Shown here piece by piece: positions 1 through 7,486 of a stretch of DNA of 64,000 nt. The position numbers were made by a program, and so were the translations under genes. How positions within the stretch are numbered: position 1 is the stretch's first letter; each line of letters begins with the position of its first letter. The stretch comes from a virus: positions 1 through 64,000 of the IMG/VR virus record IMGVR_UViG_3300037418_002133. One strand, written 5' to 3'. The notes beneath the pieces were generated by a model. That model was not told where the DNA came from and searched no databases. It saw only the letters and a list, made by a program, of their open reading frames with translations.

Positions 1-219
1 TGACGGCTCAGGATCGGGTAGGGCGTAAGCGCAGTCCGCGCACATGATCGCCCGCTTGTCGCCGATGAAGACGCGCTCTGCTTCCGGCTTGCTGGCACAA
101 CCATCACCGTGACATCGAGACAGATAACTTCCTGGCGCCCAACCATAGCGCTGCGGTCGATCGTCTCGCTTGGTCGGGAATGAAAACAACGGCTTTGTTG
201 GCTTTTTCAATGGGCTCAT
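1..219 (-). CDS. Small Cys-rich phage hypothetical protein (partial, runs off window)
   Basis: Manual translation from ATG at 219: MSPLKKPTKPLFSFPTKRDDRPQRYGWAPGSYLSRCHGDGCASKPEAERVFIGDKRAIMCADCAYALPDPEPS; starts 8 bp after the vWA gene stop. Confidence 0.6.
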   Translation of the reverse strand, partial: MSPLKKPTKPLFSFPTKRDDRPQRYGWAPGSYLSRCHGDGCASKPEAERVFIGDKRAIMCADCAYALPDPEPS

Positions 220-226
220 TTTGACC

Positions 227-2368
227 TCACGATACAAGGATGCGTTGCAGTTCGCCCATCACCGCACCCGGAAGCGCGTTAAGGTCACGCAGCACGGAAT
301 ACTTCGGATAGAAGGTCTTGACCGACTGATCCAGGATGCCGAGACCGACGCACTCGATCTTCTTTTTGTCGAGTTCGGCGACTGCGGCGTGCAGATCGGA
401 TGCGAGCTTATGGTAATTGCCGTTCCAGCCGGCTGGCTGTCCGTCTGACAGCACGATCAGCACCTTGCGAACCTCTGTCCGCTTTACGAGCCGATTGCCG
501 GCATAGCGCACACATTCGCCGTCGATGTTGCCCGACAGATCGATTGTGCCGTTGTAGCCCATGACGAAGCGCCGCTTGATCAACGGATTGATCCGCTCGT
601 CGAAGCCTTTGTAGATCGGCATGTAGATCGGCTCCCAGCGTGTATAGGGCTTGCCGACAAGCGCCGTTTCACGATGAATAATTTCCTTTTGCTTGTGACT
701 GGCGTTGTAGCAGGTGAAGCCGAGAACCTCATGCTTGATACCGACCCGCTCAAGCGTCTGCGACAGCGCATAAGCCGCTTGCATCGCGATCCGAATTTTC
801 GGGCCATTCATCGAGCCGGAATTGTCGACCAGCAGCGAGACGGCTGTTGCCTTCGACAGATTGACCTGTAAACGACGGAACACCCGATCGTCGTTGACGT
901 GGAGACGATGCAGGGATCCACCGTGTAGCCTGCCAGATCGAAAACCCGGAATCTTCACGGTCTGGGTTCGCGACGCCATCATCCGCTCGATATGCTTCTG
1001 CATCGGGCCGACCATGTGCCGGGTCGCTTCTTCAAGACCCTCGACGCCACGACCAACATCGCAATCATCGGGCGGCTCGATGCGATCCCAGTCCTGTGTC
1101 AGAACCGTGTAATCAGCGCCGCGCGTCTGACGAATAGCCTCGTCGCCGATGATCTTTGAGACGGCGGCAGCAGCGTCGGAATCGGCCGGATCCGCTTCGA
1201 AATCATGAAACACGGTACGCGGCTTCTCGTCAGCCTTTTCCTCGTGTTCGTCGTCAGACTCACCCGGAGGATCCTCGTCTTCCTCTTCACCCTTGCCGCT
1301 GTCGTCAGTCTCGTCGGGTTCATCATCGCCAGTTTCGTCGGTCTCGGGCGTCTCGCCTTCACCGCCGTCTTTGTCTTCGGACGAAGGATCGGGTTCTGCG
1401 TCGCCTTCACCCTCGTCGGCGCCGTCCTCTTCTTCCTTCTCACCAGCATCATCTTCGCTGGTATCCTCTTCGCCGGCGTCATCGCTCGACTCGTCGGAGG
1501 CGTCGTCATGCGACGGCTTTGCTTTCGACGTGCTGTCGCTTTTCGATTTGGGCTTGGACTTTGATCCGGATTTGCCGGAACCACCCTCGGGCGGCGCGTC
1601 GCTCTCGCCACCACCACCTTCACCGTCGCCTTTGCCGGAACAATCCTTGTCGTCCTCAGACTCGGGCTCCGGATCCTTCTTCGGATAGAGGATATTATAA
1701 AGCTCCTCGGCGACCTCCAGACACTCCCAGGAATCTTTCATCTTGGGAATGCGATCGATGATCCGCGTCGGCGTCGCATCGAGGAGGGCCTTGATGTATT
1801 CGTTGTCCCAGTGCTTGCCGTCATCCAGGAAGCGCTTGAACTCGCTCTGTCCGGACCAAGCGCGAACGACCACGACCAACAGCACGTTGAAGCGCTGTTT
1901 CGGATCATCCTTCGTCTTTTCGACCGCGTCCTTAATGATCTTGTGCAGAAAGATCGTGTAGAGCTTGTCCAAGTTGTAGCCCGTGCCTTTGAACCGCTCG
2001 CACATCTTCCGCTCGATGAAGGTGTCTTCGAGCATGTTGGCGAGCATGTGCATTCGCTTCGCGCCAAGCTCCGGATTGTGATTGAATTCACGGGCCTTAT
2101 CGGCGCCTCGTGACGCGGCCATGCGCGGCACGTCCCAGTCGGTGAACAGAACGTGGGCAACCTCGTGATCGATGAAGCCCTGAATTGCGAGGCAGAAGTC
2201 CTCGCTCGCATCGTCGGCGATGTAGGGAATATTGATCAGAACAGGGCGACCCTTCGCGTCGCATTCGGCTCGCGCCTGAGTGCCGATCTGCGTCACGCGC
2301 AGACCTTTACCGGCCAACATCGGCGTCAACTTGCTGACGACCTCACGAAGAATCTGGACCCTGTTCAT
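227..2368 (-). CDS. CobT-like vWA-domain protein with N-terminal HExxH motif
   Basis: DHEVAH motif, long acidic linker, C-terminal vWA MIDAS (LLVDNSGSM...VLSDGQP). Confidence 0.85.
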   Translation of the reverse strand: MNRVQILREVVSKLTPMLAGKGLRVTQIGTQARAECDAKGRPVLINIPYIADDASEDFCLAIQGFIDHEVAHVLFTDWDVPRMAASRGADKAREFNHNPELGAKRMHMLANMLEDTFIERKMCERFKGTGYNLDKLYTIFLHKIIKDAVEKTKDDPKQRFNVLLVVVVRAWSGQSEFKRFLDDGKHWDNEYIKALLDATPTRIIDRIPKMKDSWECLEVAEELYNILYPKKDPEPESEDDKDCSGKGDGEGGGGESDAPPEGGSGKSGSKSKPKSKSDSTSKAKPSHDDASDESSDDAGEEDTSEDDAGEKEEEDGADEGEGDAEPDPSSEDKDGGEGETPETDETGDDEPDETDDSGKGEEEDEDPPGESDDEHEEKADEKPRTVFHDFEADPADSDAAAAVSKIIGDEAIRQTRGADYTVLTQDWDRIEPPDDCDVGRGVEGLEEATRHMVGPMQKHIERMMASRTQTVKIPGFRSGRLHGGSLHRLHVNDDRVFRRLQVNLSKATAVSLLVDNSGSMNGPKIRIAMQAAYALSQTLERVGIKHEVLGFTCYNASHKQKEIIHRETALVGKPYTRWEPIYMPIYKGFDERINPLIKRRFVMGYNGTIDLSGNIDGECVRYAGNRLVKRTEVRKVLIVLSDGQPAGWNGNYHKLASDLHAAVAELDKKKIECVGLGILDQSVKTFYPKYSVLRDLNALPGAVMGELQRILVS

Positions 2369-2406
2369 TTTTTCCCCTTTAAGTCAGTTCTGACTCTAAC
2401 GTGACA

Positions 2407-2619
2407 CTACAACTCGAAACTCTGGATTACTACCGGGAGAAGGGTGGCATCACCCAGGGGCGGGATGACCACATGAATGTGTCCGAAATTGTCGTGTTCG
2501 CCGGTAAACACTGTGATCGCCGAGGTGCTGTGCTCGGTTCGATTTTTCAATTCTTCGGCAATTTGATATGCGCGGTCGATAGTGACGTCGATGATGCTCG
2601 GGGAGGTCTTGCCAGCCAT
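2407..2619 (-). CDS. Hypothetical protein
   Basis: 70-aa ORF with AAGGA RBS, flanked by two palindrome copies. Confidence 0.55.
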   Translation of the reverse strand: MAGKTSPSIIDVTIDRAYQIAEELKNRTEHSTSAITVFTGEHDNFGHIHVVIPPLGDATLLPVVIQSFEL

Positions 2620-2685
2620 GATGGTCCTTCGTTCGAAAGGCAGTGGAGAATAGTCAGTTCTGACTTAACTTTCTAGGTAAAAACA

Positions 2686-2711
2686 AGGCGGTCACGCATG
2701 ACCGCCTAAAA
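2686..2711. terminator. Hairpin terminator downstream of repressor gene
   Basis: AGGCGGTCA-cgca-TGACCGCCT stem with A-tracts either side. Confidence 0.6.
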
Positions 2712-2717
2712 GCGGGA

Positions 2718-3185
2718 TTACTCCTCGCTGAGAACGGCCTTGATCTTCCGTTCCTGGGCCGCGGTGATAGCAGGAACCTCACCTCCGGTCATCGCGCGAA
2801 CCTTTCGAACAAGCGCGCGCTCGTTTTTGGTGTAGATGTCACCAAAAATATCCGCAATAGCCTTCTCGGCGCCAGGCCAGAACTGGGGCAGGGCCAGGCG
2901 AAAGAGATAAGCCGGGTCGCAATCGAGCGCCACAGCCAGTTGAGGAATCTTGTCAAGCGGCACCTTGACGGTGCCGGCCTTCCACATATTGACCATGCTC
3001 GGCTGATCGTATCCGACCATGTGTGCAATATCCCGCTGAGTGATGCCCAGCAGTTTTTGCTTGTCGATTTGATCGGAAATAAATTTGAACAGCGGCAGGT
3101 CTGGATTATGAGCGGAACCTCGACCAGTGCTATGCGCCGCCGTCTTCGCGGCCTTTTTTGCCATTCCACTAATCTCCTGAAACAT
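2718..3185 (-). CDS. XRE-family HTH regulator, probable phage repressor (start possibly 3164)
   Basis: TQRDIAHMVGYDQPSMVNMWKAG..KVPLDKIPQLAVALDCDP HTH; divergent from the replicon. Confidence 0.8.
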   Translation of the reverse strand: MFQEISGMAKKAAKTAAHSTGRGSAHNPDLPLFKFISDQIDKQKLLGITQRDIAHMVGYDQPSMVNMWKAGTVKVPLDKIPQLAVALDCDPAYLFRLALPQFWPGAEKAIADIFGDIYTKNERALVRKVRAMTGGEVPAITAAQERKIKAVLSEE

Positions 3186-3473
3186 TAAATCCTCACTCGT
3201 TACGCTACCGCTTTAATCGATCTGTTTTACGCTTCGATTATAGCAATCGATCAACGGATCGATGTTAACGTCACGCGGGTTGATTCAAAACTGACTGACA
3301 ACACCAATAAGTCACGATCAAATCTGAATTGTCAACGCGGACTTATATGACAGTTGAAGGATAGGAAAATATTCCGTAATCCATGTTATGCGAATCCGTG
3401 CAATGCGGACTCTTCACGACTCATTTCGAATCGGGCATTACTCGTTACGTTACGAGTCAGTCAGGGATGCCAG

Positions 3474-3677
3474 ATGACGGACATTAAAAGCCAACGGCGT
3501 GTCGAACGGTTGCGTCGCAATCGACGCGAGCGCGGTCTGAAGGAAACGAACGTCTGGCTCCCCGAATCAGTCCGGCTTGCGATCGAGGAAGCCGTGACGA
3601 GTGGTCAGTATCCGTCGCGTCGCGTAGCAATCACAACGGCTTTGGAGCAACAATTCCTAGCTAAATCAGAGGCTTAG
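3474..3677 (+). CDS. Small ribbon-helix-helix-like DNA-binding protein upstream of repC
   Basis: RRERGLKETNVWLPESVRLAIEEAV...YPSRRVAITTAL pattern; ATG at 3474 within the tracked ORF. Confidence 0.6.
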   Translation: MTDIKSQRRVERLRRNRRERGLKETNVWLPESVRLAIEEAVTSGQYPSRRVAITTALEQQFLAKSEA

Positions 3678-3682
3678 ACAAG

Positions 3683-3768
3683 CAAAAGCCCCACAAGGCG
3701 CCAACCTTGCAGGGCTTTCGGAGATCATCGCTGGAAGGCATAACCTACCGGGCAAATCGCTCTAAACA
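3683..3768 (-). ncRNA. Counter-transcribed antisense RNA (ctRNA/incA-like) controlling repC
   Basis: Directly upstream of repC on the opposite strand; minus-strand promoter at 3775-3803 and terminal hairpin plus U-tract (rc of AAAAGCCCCACAAGG...CCTTGCAGGGCTTT); layout typical of repABC replicons. Confidence 0.65.
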
Positions 3769-3774
3769 CAGCCC

Positions 3775-3803
3775 TTTATGCCTTCCCTCAGCATCAGTGT
3801 CAA
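3775..3803 (-). promoter_or_regulatory. Sigma70 promoter of ctRNA
   Basis: TTGACA-17 bp-CATAAA on the minus strand. Confidence 0.65.
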
Positions 3804-3853
3804 GAACACCGATTCGGTGATCGCTCCCGCTTGTCCAAAATTGGGAAAAGACC

Positions 3854-5008
3854 ATGCGATCGGCATCAGGGGGCCGGCGATTGACGGCTGCTGCCTTGGA
3901 GGGACGCCAATTCTCGCTCGTCGAGGACTTAGTCGTCTCTCGCAAAGAACTCGCGCAATGTGCGCGCAACGCCATGAAGGCGATCAAGATGCGCCCCTCC
4001 CTGCGGCTGGTACTTGCGGAGCTGGTGGGCTGCTGGGGCGAGACAACGCTCCAAAACAAAATCTACGTCTGGCCCTCCAACGAATACCTCATCGAGCGCA
4101 CCGGTCTTTCTGAACGGGCCGTGCGCTATGGGATCCGTGGTCTGGTTAAGCTGCAAATCATCGTGCCGAAGGATTCGGCGAACGGCAAACGCTTCGCGAT
4201 CAAGAACCGCGGCGGGAGCCTGGTCGACGTCTATGGCTTCGATCTGACGCCGATCTATGCGCGACGTGGCGAATGGATCGAAGGTATGGCTGCGATCGCG
4301 GCCGATCGAGAGGCTCGCGCCAGGCTGTTCGACGAAATTACGATCTGCCGACGTGTCATCGCAGACGTACTGGAATCGTTTGCGTCTCAATATCCGCTCG
4401 CTGACGCTGGGGCACTCACCGGTGCGTTCACCGATCTCACAGAGCAAACTCCCCGTCGCAATCTGTCGAGCGATCTGGGGCCGCTACAGACGCTCGTTGA
4501 TCGATATCGGAAGCTGCGCCATCGCTCCGAGCAGGAGTTTTATAAAGCCGCCTCTGGGGGCAAATCGTGCCAGCATATTGAAACAAACCCTCTGAATCTA
4601 AAATCTGAGGATTGGAACAAAAGCTCGCAGGATCGAGCTGGTCGCGTGGAAAGTCCTTCTCCGACGATCGACCTTGGATTGGTGACCGAAGTTTGTAGGG
4701 AAATTTTGGACTACGTCGAACCGATCCGCACCGAGGTCGACCTGGTTGCGGCCGCGCGATATGTCCGCGGCAGTCTTGGCGCCAGCCCATCAACCTGGGA
4801 TGAGGCTGTCGAGGTGTTGGGACCGATCAAAGCGGCCGTAACCGTGCTGCTGGTACTCCAACTCCACGCCAACGACGCCCGCGCCGGCACCAATCGGATC
4901 AAGAACCCCGGAGGTTATCTGCGCGCCATGATTCGCATGGTTGCAGACGGTCGGGTTGATCTGGTTGCGGAGCTGTTCGCACTGCGGAGAAAGAATGGTG
5001 CCGGCTGA
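3854..5008 (+). CDS. repC: Plasmid replication initiator RepC (repABC family)
   Basis: VWPSNEYL..RTGLSERAVRY, KDSANGKRFA, YGFDLTP and C-terminal IKNPGGYLRAM motifs. Confidence 0.92.
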   Translation: MRSASGGRRLTAAALEGRQFSLVEDLVVSRKELAQCARNAMKAIKMRPSLRLVLAELVGCWGETTLQNKIYVWPSNEYLIERTGLSERAVRYGIRGLVKLQIIVPKDSANGKRFAIKNRGGSLVDVYGFDLTPIYARRGEWIEGMAAIAADREARARLFDEITICRRVIADVLESFASQYPLADAGALTGAFTDLTEQTPRRNLSSDLGPLQTLVDRYRKLRHRSEQEFYKAASGGKSCQHIETNPLNLKSEDWNKSSQDRAGRVESPSPTIDLGLVTEVCREILDYVEPIRTEVDLVAAARYVRGSLGASPSTWDEAVEVLGPIKAAVTVLLVLQLHANDARAGTNRIKNPGGYLRAMIRMVADGRVDLVAELFALRRKNGAG

Positions 5009-5071
5009 GAGACTTGAACTCCCGACCTCCTGCTTACAAGGCAGATGCTCTACCAACTGAGCTAAACCGGC
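4996..5071 (-). tRNA. tRNA-Thr(UGU)
   Basis: Cloverleaf GCCGGTTTAGCTCAGTTGGTAGAGC...CT-TGT-AA...GTTCAAGTC...GGCACCA with encoded CCA. Confidence 0.92.
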
Positions 5072-5285
5072 TTGATCTTTCGCGTCGAATACCGCGACTG
5101 AAACTCGACTATAGCGACAATGTCGCGGCGTAATCGCTTGGTGAACTCGTTCGCCAGATCAATCATCGGCTGGCGACTGTGGATCTTGACGAAATCAGGA
5201 GGCGTGTAAGCCATCCAATCATCCTCGATCCGAACGATCCAAAGTCGCTTGTTGATCTTGCGGACCTCGAACGTGCCGGGACAAT

Positions 5286-5360
5286 TGGCTGGGAGAGTAG
5301 GATTCGAACCTACGGTAGGGACATTAACAGTGTCCGGCCTTACCACTTGGCTATCTCCCA
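5286..5360 (-). tRNA. tRNA-Asn(GUU) with tRNA-Gln-like body
   Basis: TGGGAGA-TA-GCCAAGTGGTAAGGC-C-GGACA-CT-GTT-AA-TGTCC...GTAGG-TTCGAAT-CCTAC-TCTCCCA-G-CCA. Confidence 0.9.
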
Positions 5361-5438
5361 AAACTTAAACGAGGTGTGGGCATACTTGCCCCATCCACAC
5401 GTTGCAGCCGCCTCGCCTCTCGGCGAAACCCCGTAGAA

Positions 5439-5466
5439 TGGAGCGGCGAGACGGGCTTGAACCGTC
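5439..5466 (-). pseudogene. tRNA 3' half remnant (T-arm, acceptor strand, CCA)
   Basis: GACGG-TTCAAGC-CCGTC-TCGCCGC-T-CCA with no well-pairing 5' half. Confidence 0.5.
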
Positions 5467-5765
5467 TACTTGGCGAGCGGTCCAGTCGGTCGATCAACTC
5501 CAACCGATTCCGTCGTTGCTGCCTTCAGCGCGCCGCGAAACTCTCTTTGATGCGTGAAACACCGACGACAATACGGTCGATCCGGTTCGCCAGTGTTTCG
5601 GTTAAACTGGGGCTTCCAATCGTGCTCGATGCGCGGCTTGTGACCGTCCGGATGCGTCGCGTAGGTCGTGCCGCATTCGTCGCAGCCTTCGCAATCCTGC
5701 GGATTCATGCCGGATGCGAAGTATTCAGATTTGCCGCATTTGCACCGATAGTAGATCATAACCAA
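5466..5765 (-). CDS. Small Cys-rich (putative Zn-binding) hypothetical protein
   Basis: CKCG, CEGCDECG, CRRC motifs; GAGG RBS; lies between tRNAs. Confidence 0.6.
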   Translation of the reverse strand: MVMIYYRCKCGKSEYFASGMNPQDCEGCDECGTTYATHPDGHKPRIEHDWKPQFNRNTGEPDRPYCRRCFTHQREFRGALKAATTESVGVDRPTGPLAK

Positions 5766-5775
5766 CCTCTAAACC

Positions 5776-5852
5776 TGGAAGCGGGGGTCGGACTCGAACC
5801 GACGACCTTCAGGGTATGGACCTGGCGAGCTGACCAACTGCTCTACCCCGCC
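5776..5852 (-). tRNA. tRNA-Met(CAU), initiator-like with atypical anticodon loop
   Basis: GGCGGGGTAGAGCAGTTGGTCAGCTCG-CCAGG-TC-CAT-AC-CCTGA-AGGTC-GTCGG-TTCGAGT-CCGAC-CCCCGCT-T-CCA. Confidence 0.85.
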
Positions 5853-5858
5853 TTAATT

Positions 5859-6065
5859 TCAGCCGATCGTAAACTTTACGATCCGGAATTCCTTATCGAG
5901 GATCACATTGAGCCGCTTGTGATCGACATCGATATTGCCGCCCATACCTTCGCAGGGCCGAATGACATTTACCGACAGACGCATCTTGTTGGCGTGTTCG
6001 GCGACCGCGTCGGCCGCGTAGAGCCACTGCATGTTCTTGAAGGTGTTCAAACTCGACAGATTCAT
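5859..6065 (-). CDS. Peptidase inhibitor I78/potato inhibitor-like small protein
   Basis: VIRP......D.DHKRLNVILDKEFRIVKFTIG matches the family C-terminal pattern. Confidence 0.55.
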   Translation of the reverse strand: MNLSSLNTFKNMQWLYAADAVAEHANKMRLSVNVIRPCEGMGGNIDVDHKRLNVILDKEFRIVKFTIG

Positions 6066-6139
6066 TTTCTCTTCCAGATAATCTAAAGGCGGTCCCGTAG
6101 GACCGCCCTCGACAAACACTTGAACCGAAGTGCTGTCGG

Positions 6140-6811
6140 TTATGCGAGAGTGCCTGTGTTGTTCAGAACGACCCAGGTGCCGCCGAGGAACTTGGCGCGG
6201 AAATACTTGCCGACGGTGTCGAGGGTGATCTTGGTGCCACCCGCGAAGGCGCCGTTGACCTGCGCGTTCGAGCCTGCGCCCTTCGTGGCGAGATAGACGG
6301 TCGTTTCCTGACCCTCCTCGCCCGCCGGCAGATCGAATTCCGATACGGCGCCAGCCGGGGTAATCAGCGCCTTGGTTTCGGCGTCCAGGTTCAGCTTGTC
6401 GCCGGTTGCGCCACCCACGAGCTTGGCGTCGGCCGTCGCGACCGAAGCGGCCAGCGTGAAGTCGTTGCCGGCGTCGTCATAGGCGTCATAGACAACGTGC
6501 AGCTTGGTGCCGCCGACGTTCGAATAGGTCGCAACGGCAACCTTCGGATCGGTCGAAGCGTTCAGGACCGCAGCCAGAGCGTCGAGCGAAAGGGTCAGGG
6601 TGGCATCGACATTGAACTGGTTGCCGGCCGCGCCGTTCGCCTTTGCGGTAAAAACCACGCCGTTGATGGTCACAGTGTCGTCGGCCACGATATTCGTGGC
6701 GAAAGTGATGTCGCCGGCTGCTCGGCGCTTGCCGCCGAACGAGTCCCACTGGCGCTTGCCAGCCGCAAGTTCAACGACCTTGCCGTCGTGAGTAAAATTT
6801 ACATTGGTCAT
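6140..6811 (-). CDS. Putative virion accessory/decoration protein sharing a domain with the major tail protein
   Basis: DTVTINGVVFT...LNASTDPKV...GNDFTLAAS aligns by eye with the internal domain of 40236..41114; has its own promoter and palindrome. Confidence 0.6.
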   Translation of the reverse strand: MTNVNFTHDGKVVELAAGKRQWDSFGGKRRAAGDITFATNIVADDTVTINGVVFTAKANGAAGNQFNVDATLTLSLDALAAVLNASTDPKVAVATYSNVGGTKLHVVYDAYDDAGNDFTLAASVATADAKLVGGATGDKLNLDAETKALITPAGAVSEFDLPAGEEGQETTVYLATKGAGSNAQVNGAFAGGTKITLDTVGKYFRAKFLGGTWVVLNNTGTLA

Positions 6812-6843
6812 CGTCGATCTCCAGGTGGCTCTCAGCCGGGATA

Positions 6844-6867
6844 TAAGTCAGTTCTGACTTATTATAG
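6844..6867 (-). promoter_or_regulatory. -10 box TATAAT immediately followed by the 18-bp palindrome
   Basis: Minus strand reads TATAAT-AAGTCAGAACTGACTTA upstream of 6140..6811. Confidence 0.7.
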
Positions 6868-6882
6868 CACGTTCGAAATCAG

Positions 6883-6913
6883 AAAAAAGGGGCGGATGAT
6901 TAAATCCGCCCCT
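6883..6913 (-). terminator. Rho-independent terminator of the ligase operon
   Basis: 10-bp stem AGGGGCGGAT/ATCCGCCCCT plus U-tract on the minus strand. Confidence 0.8.
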
Positions 6914-6971
6914 CAGAACAACGCAAGGAACCCTTTCGGGATACCTAAGATAGGATGCGCTCCGCTATAAG

Positions 6972-7265
6972 TCAATTCTGACTTGGTTCGGAAATTCGCA
7001 GCAGATCGTCGGCGGTTGTACTCAGCGGCCCATAAGCGATAAGATCCGGCTGATCCCACTCGCCGTTAACTCGGGCACGGACGGCTCGCAATTTACCCTC
7101 GGCGAGACGGGCACGCGCCAGAAGCTCGTTATTGTGCTCCAGAAGATCCTGATTGCGCCGCTCCAGCTCCGCAATCCGTTCTTCCAGCAGTTCGATCGCA
7201 GCGGATCGGGCGACGTGTTTGATGACCTCTTCCGTAGGTCCGGATTGCCACATTGCCCCGCTCAT
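6972..7265 (-). CDS. Hypothetical coiled-coil protein
   Basis: 4-bp overlap with the upstream gene; heptad pattern. Confidence 0.6.
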   Translation of the reverse strand: MSGAMWQSGPTEEVIKHVARSAAIELLEERIAELERRNQDLLEHNNELLARARLAEGKLRAVRARVNGEWDQPDLIAYGPLSTTADDLLRISEPSQN

Positions 7266-7486
7266 ATCTCAATTCCCTTCTGTTCGAGAATCCAGGTCGA
7301 GGCGTAGAGCTGCCCGTCTTCGTTTCGTAATTGCGAAAACGGTATCCAGTGATCCTCGCCCTTCCAGTCGAACAGGGCCGCTGCCGCAGTCGTCGCTTTG
7401 AGATCGTCAGGATCGAATTCGACAAATCTACGCCGATCCGCATCGGTGAGATCGTTCAGTTTCTTGAGCAATTCCCGCAGCATCAA
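7262..7486 (-). CDS. Hypothetical protein
   Basis: Translationally coupled to ligase. Confidence 0.6.
   Translation of the reverse strand: MMLRELLKKLNDLTDADRRRFVEFDPDDLKATTAAAALFDWKGEDHWIPFSQLRNEDGQLYASTWILEQKGIEI

Noticed and set aside
227-2368. Genuine cobalamin chelatase subunit CobT
   Set aside because: No cob pathway genes; phage vWA proteins of this type usually partner AAA ATPases. The acidic linker also explains the overlapping low-complexity ORFs
5062-5361. 99-aa ORF
   Set aside because: Its start lies inside tRNA-Asn and its end inside tRNA-Thr; no clear independent start
5372-5470. Permuted two-piece tmRNA
   Set aside because: Lacks the alanine identity elements (G3-U70, A discriminator) and a matching 5' piece
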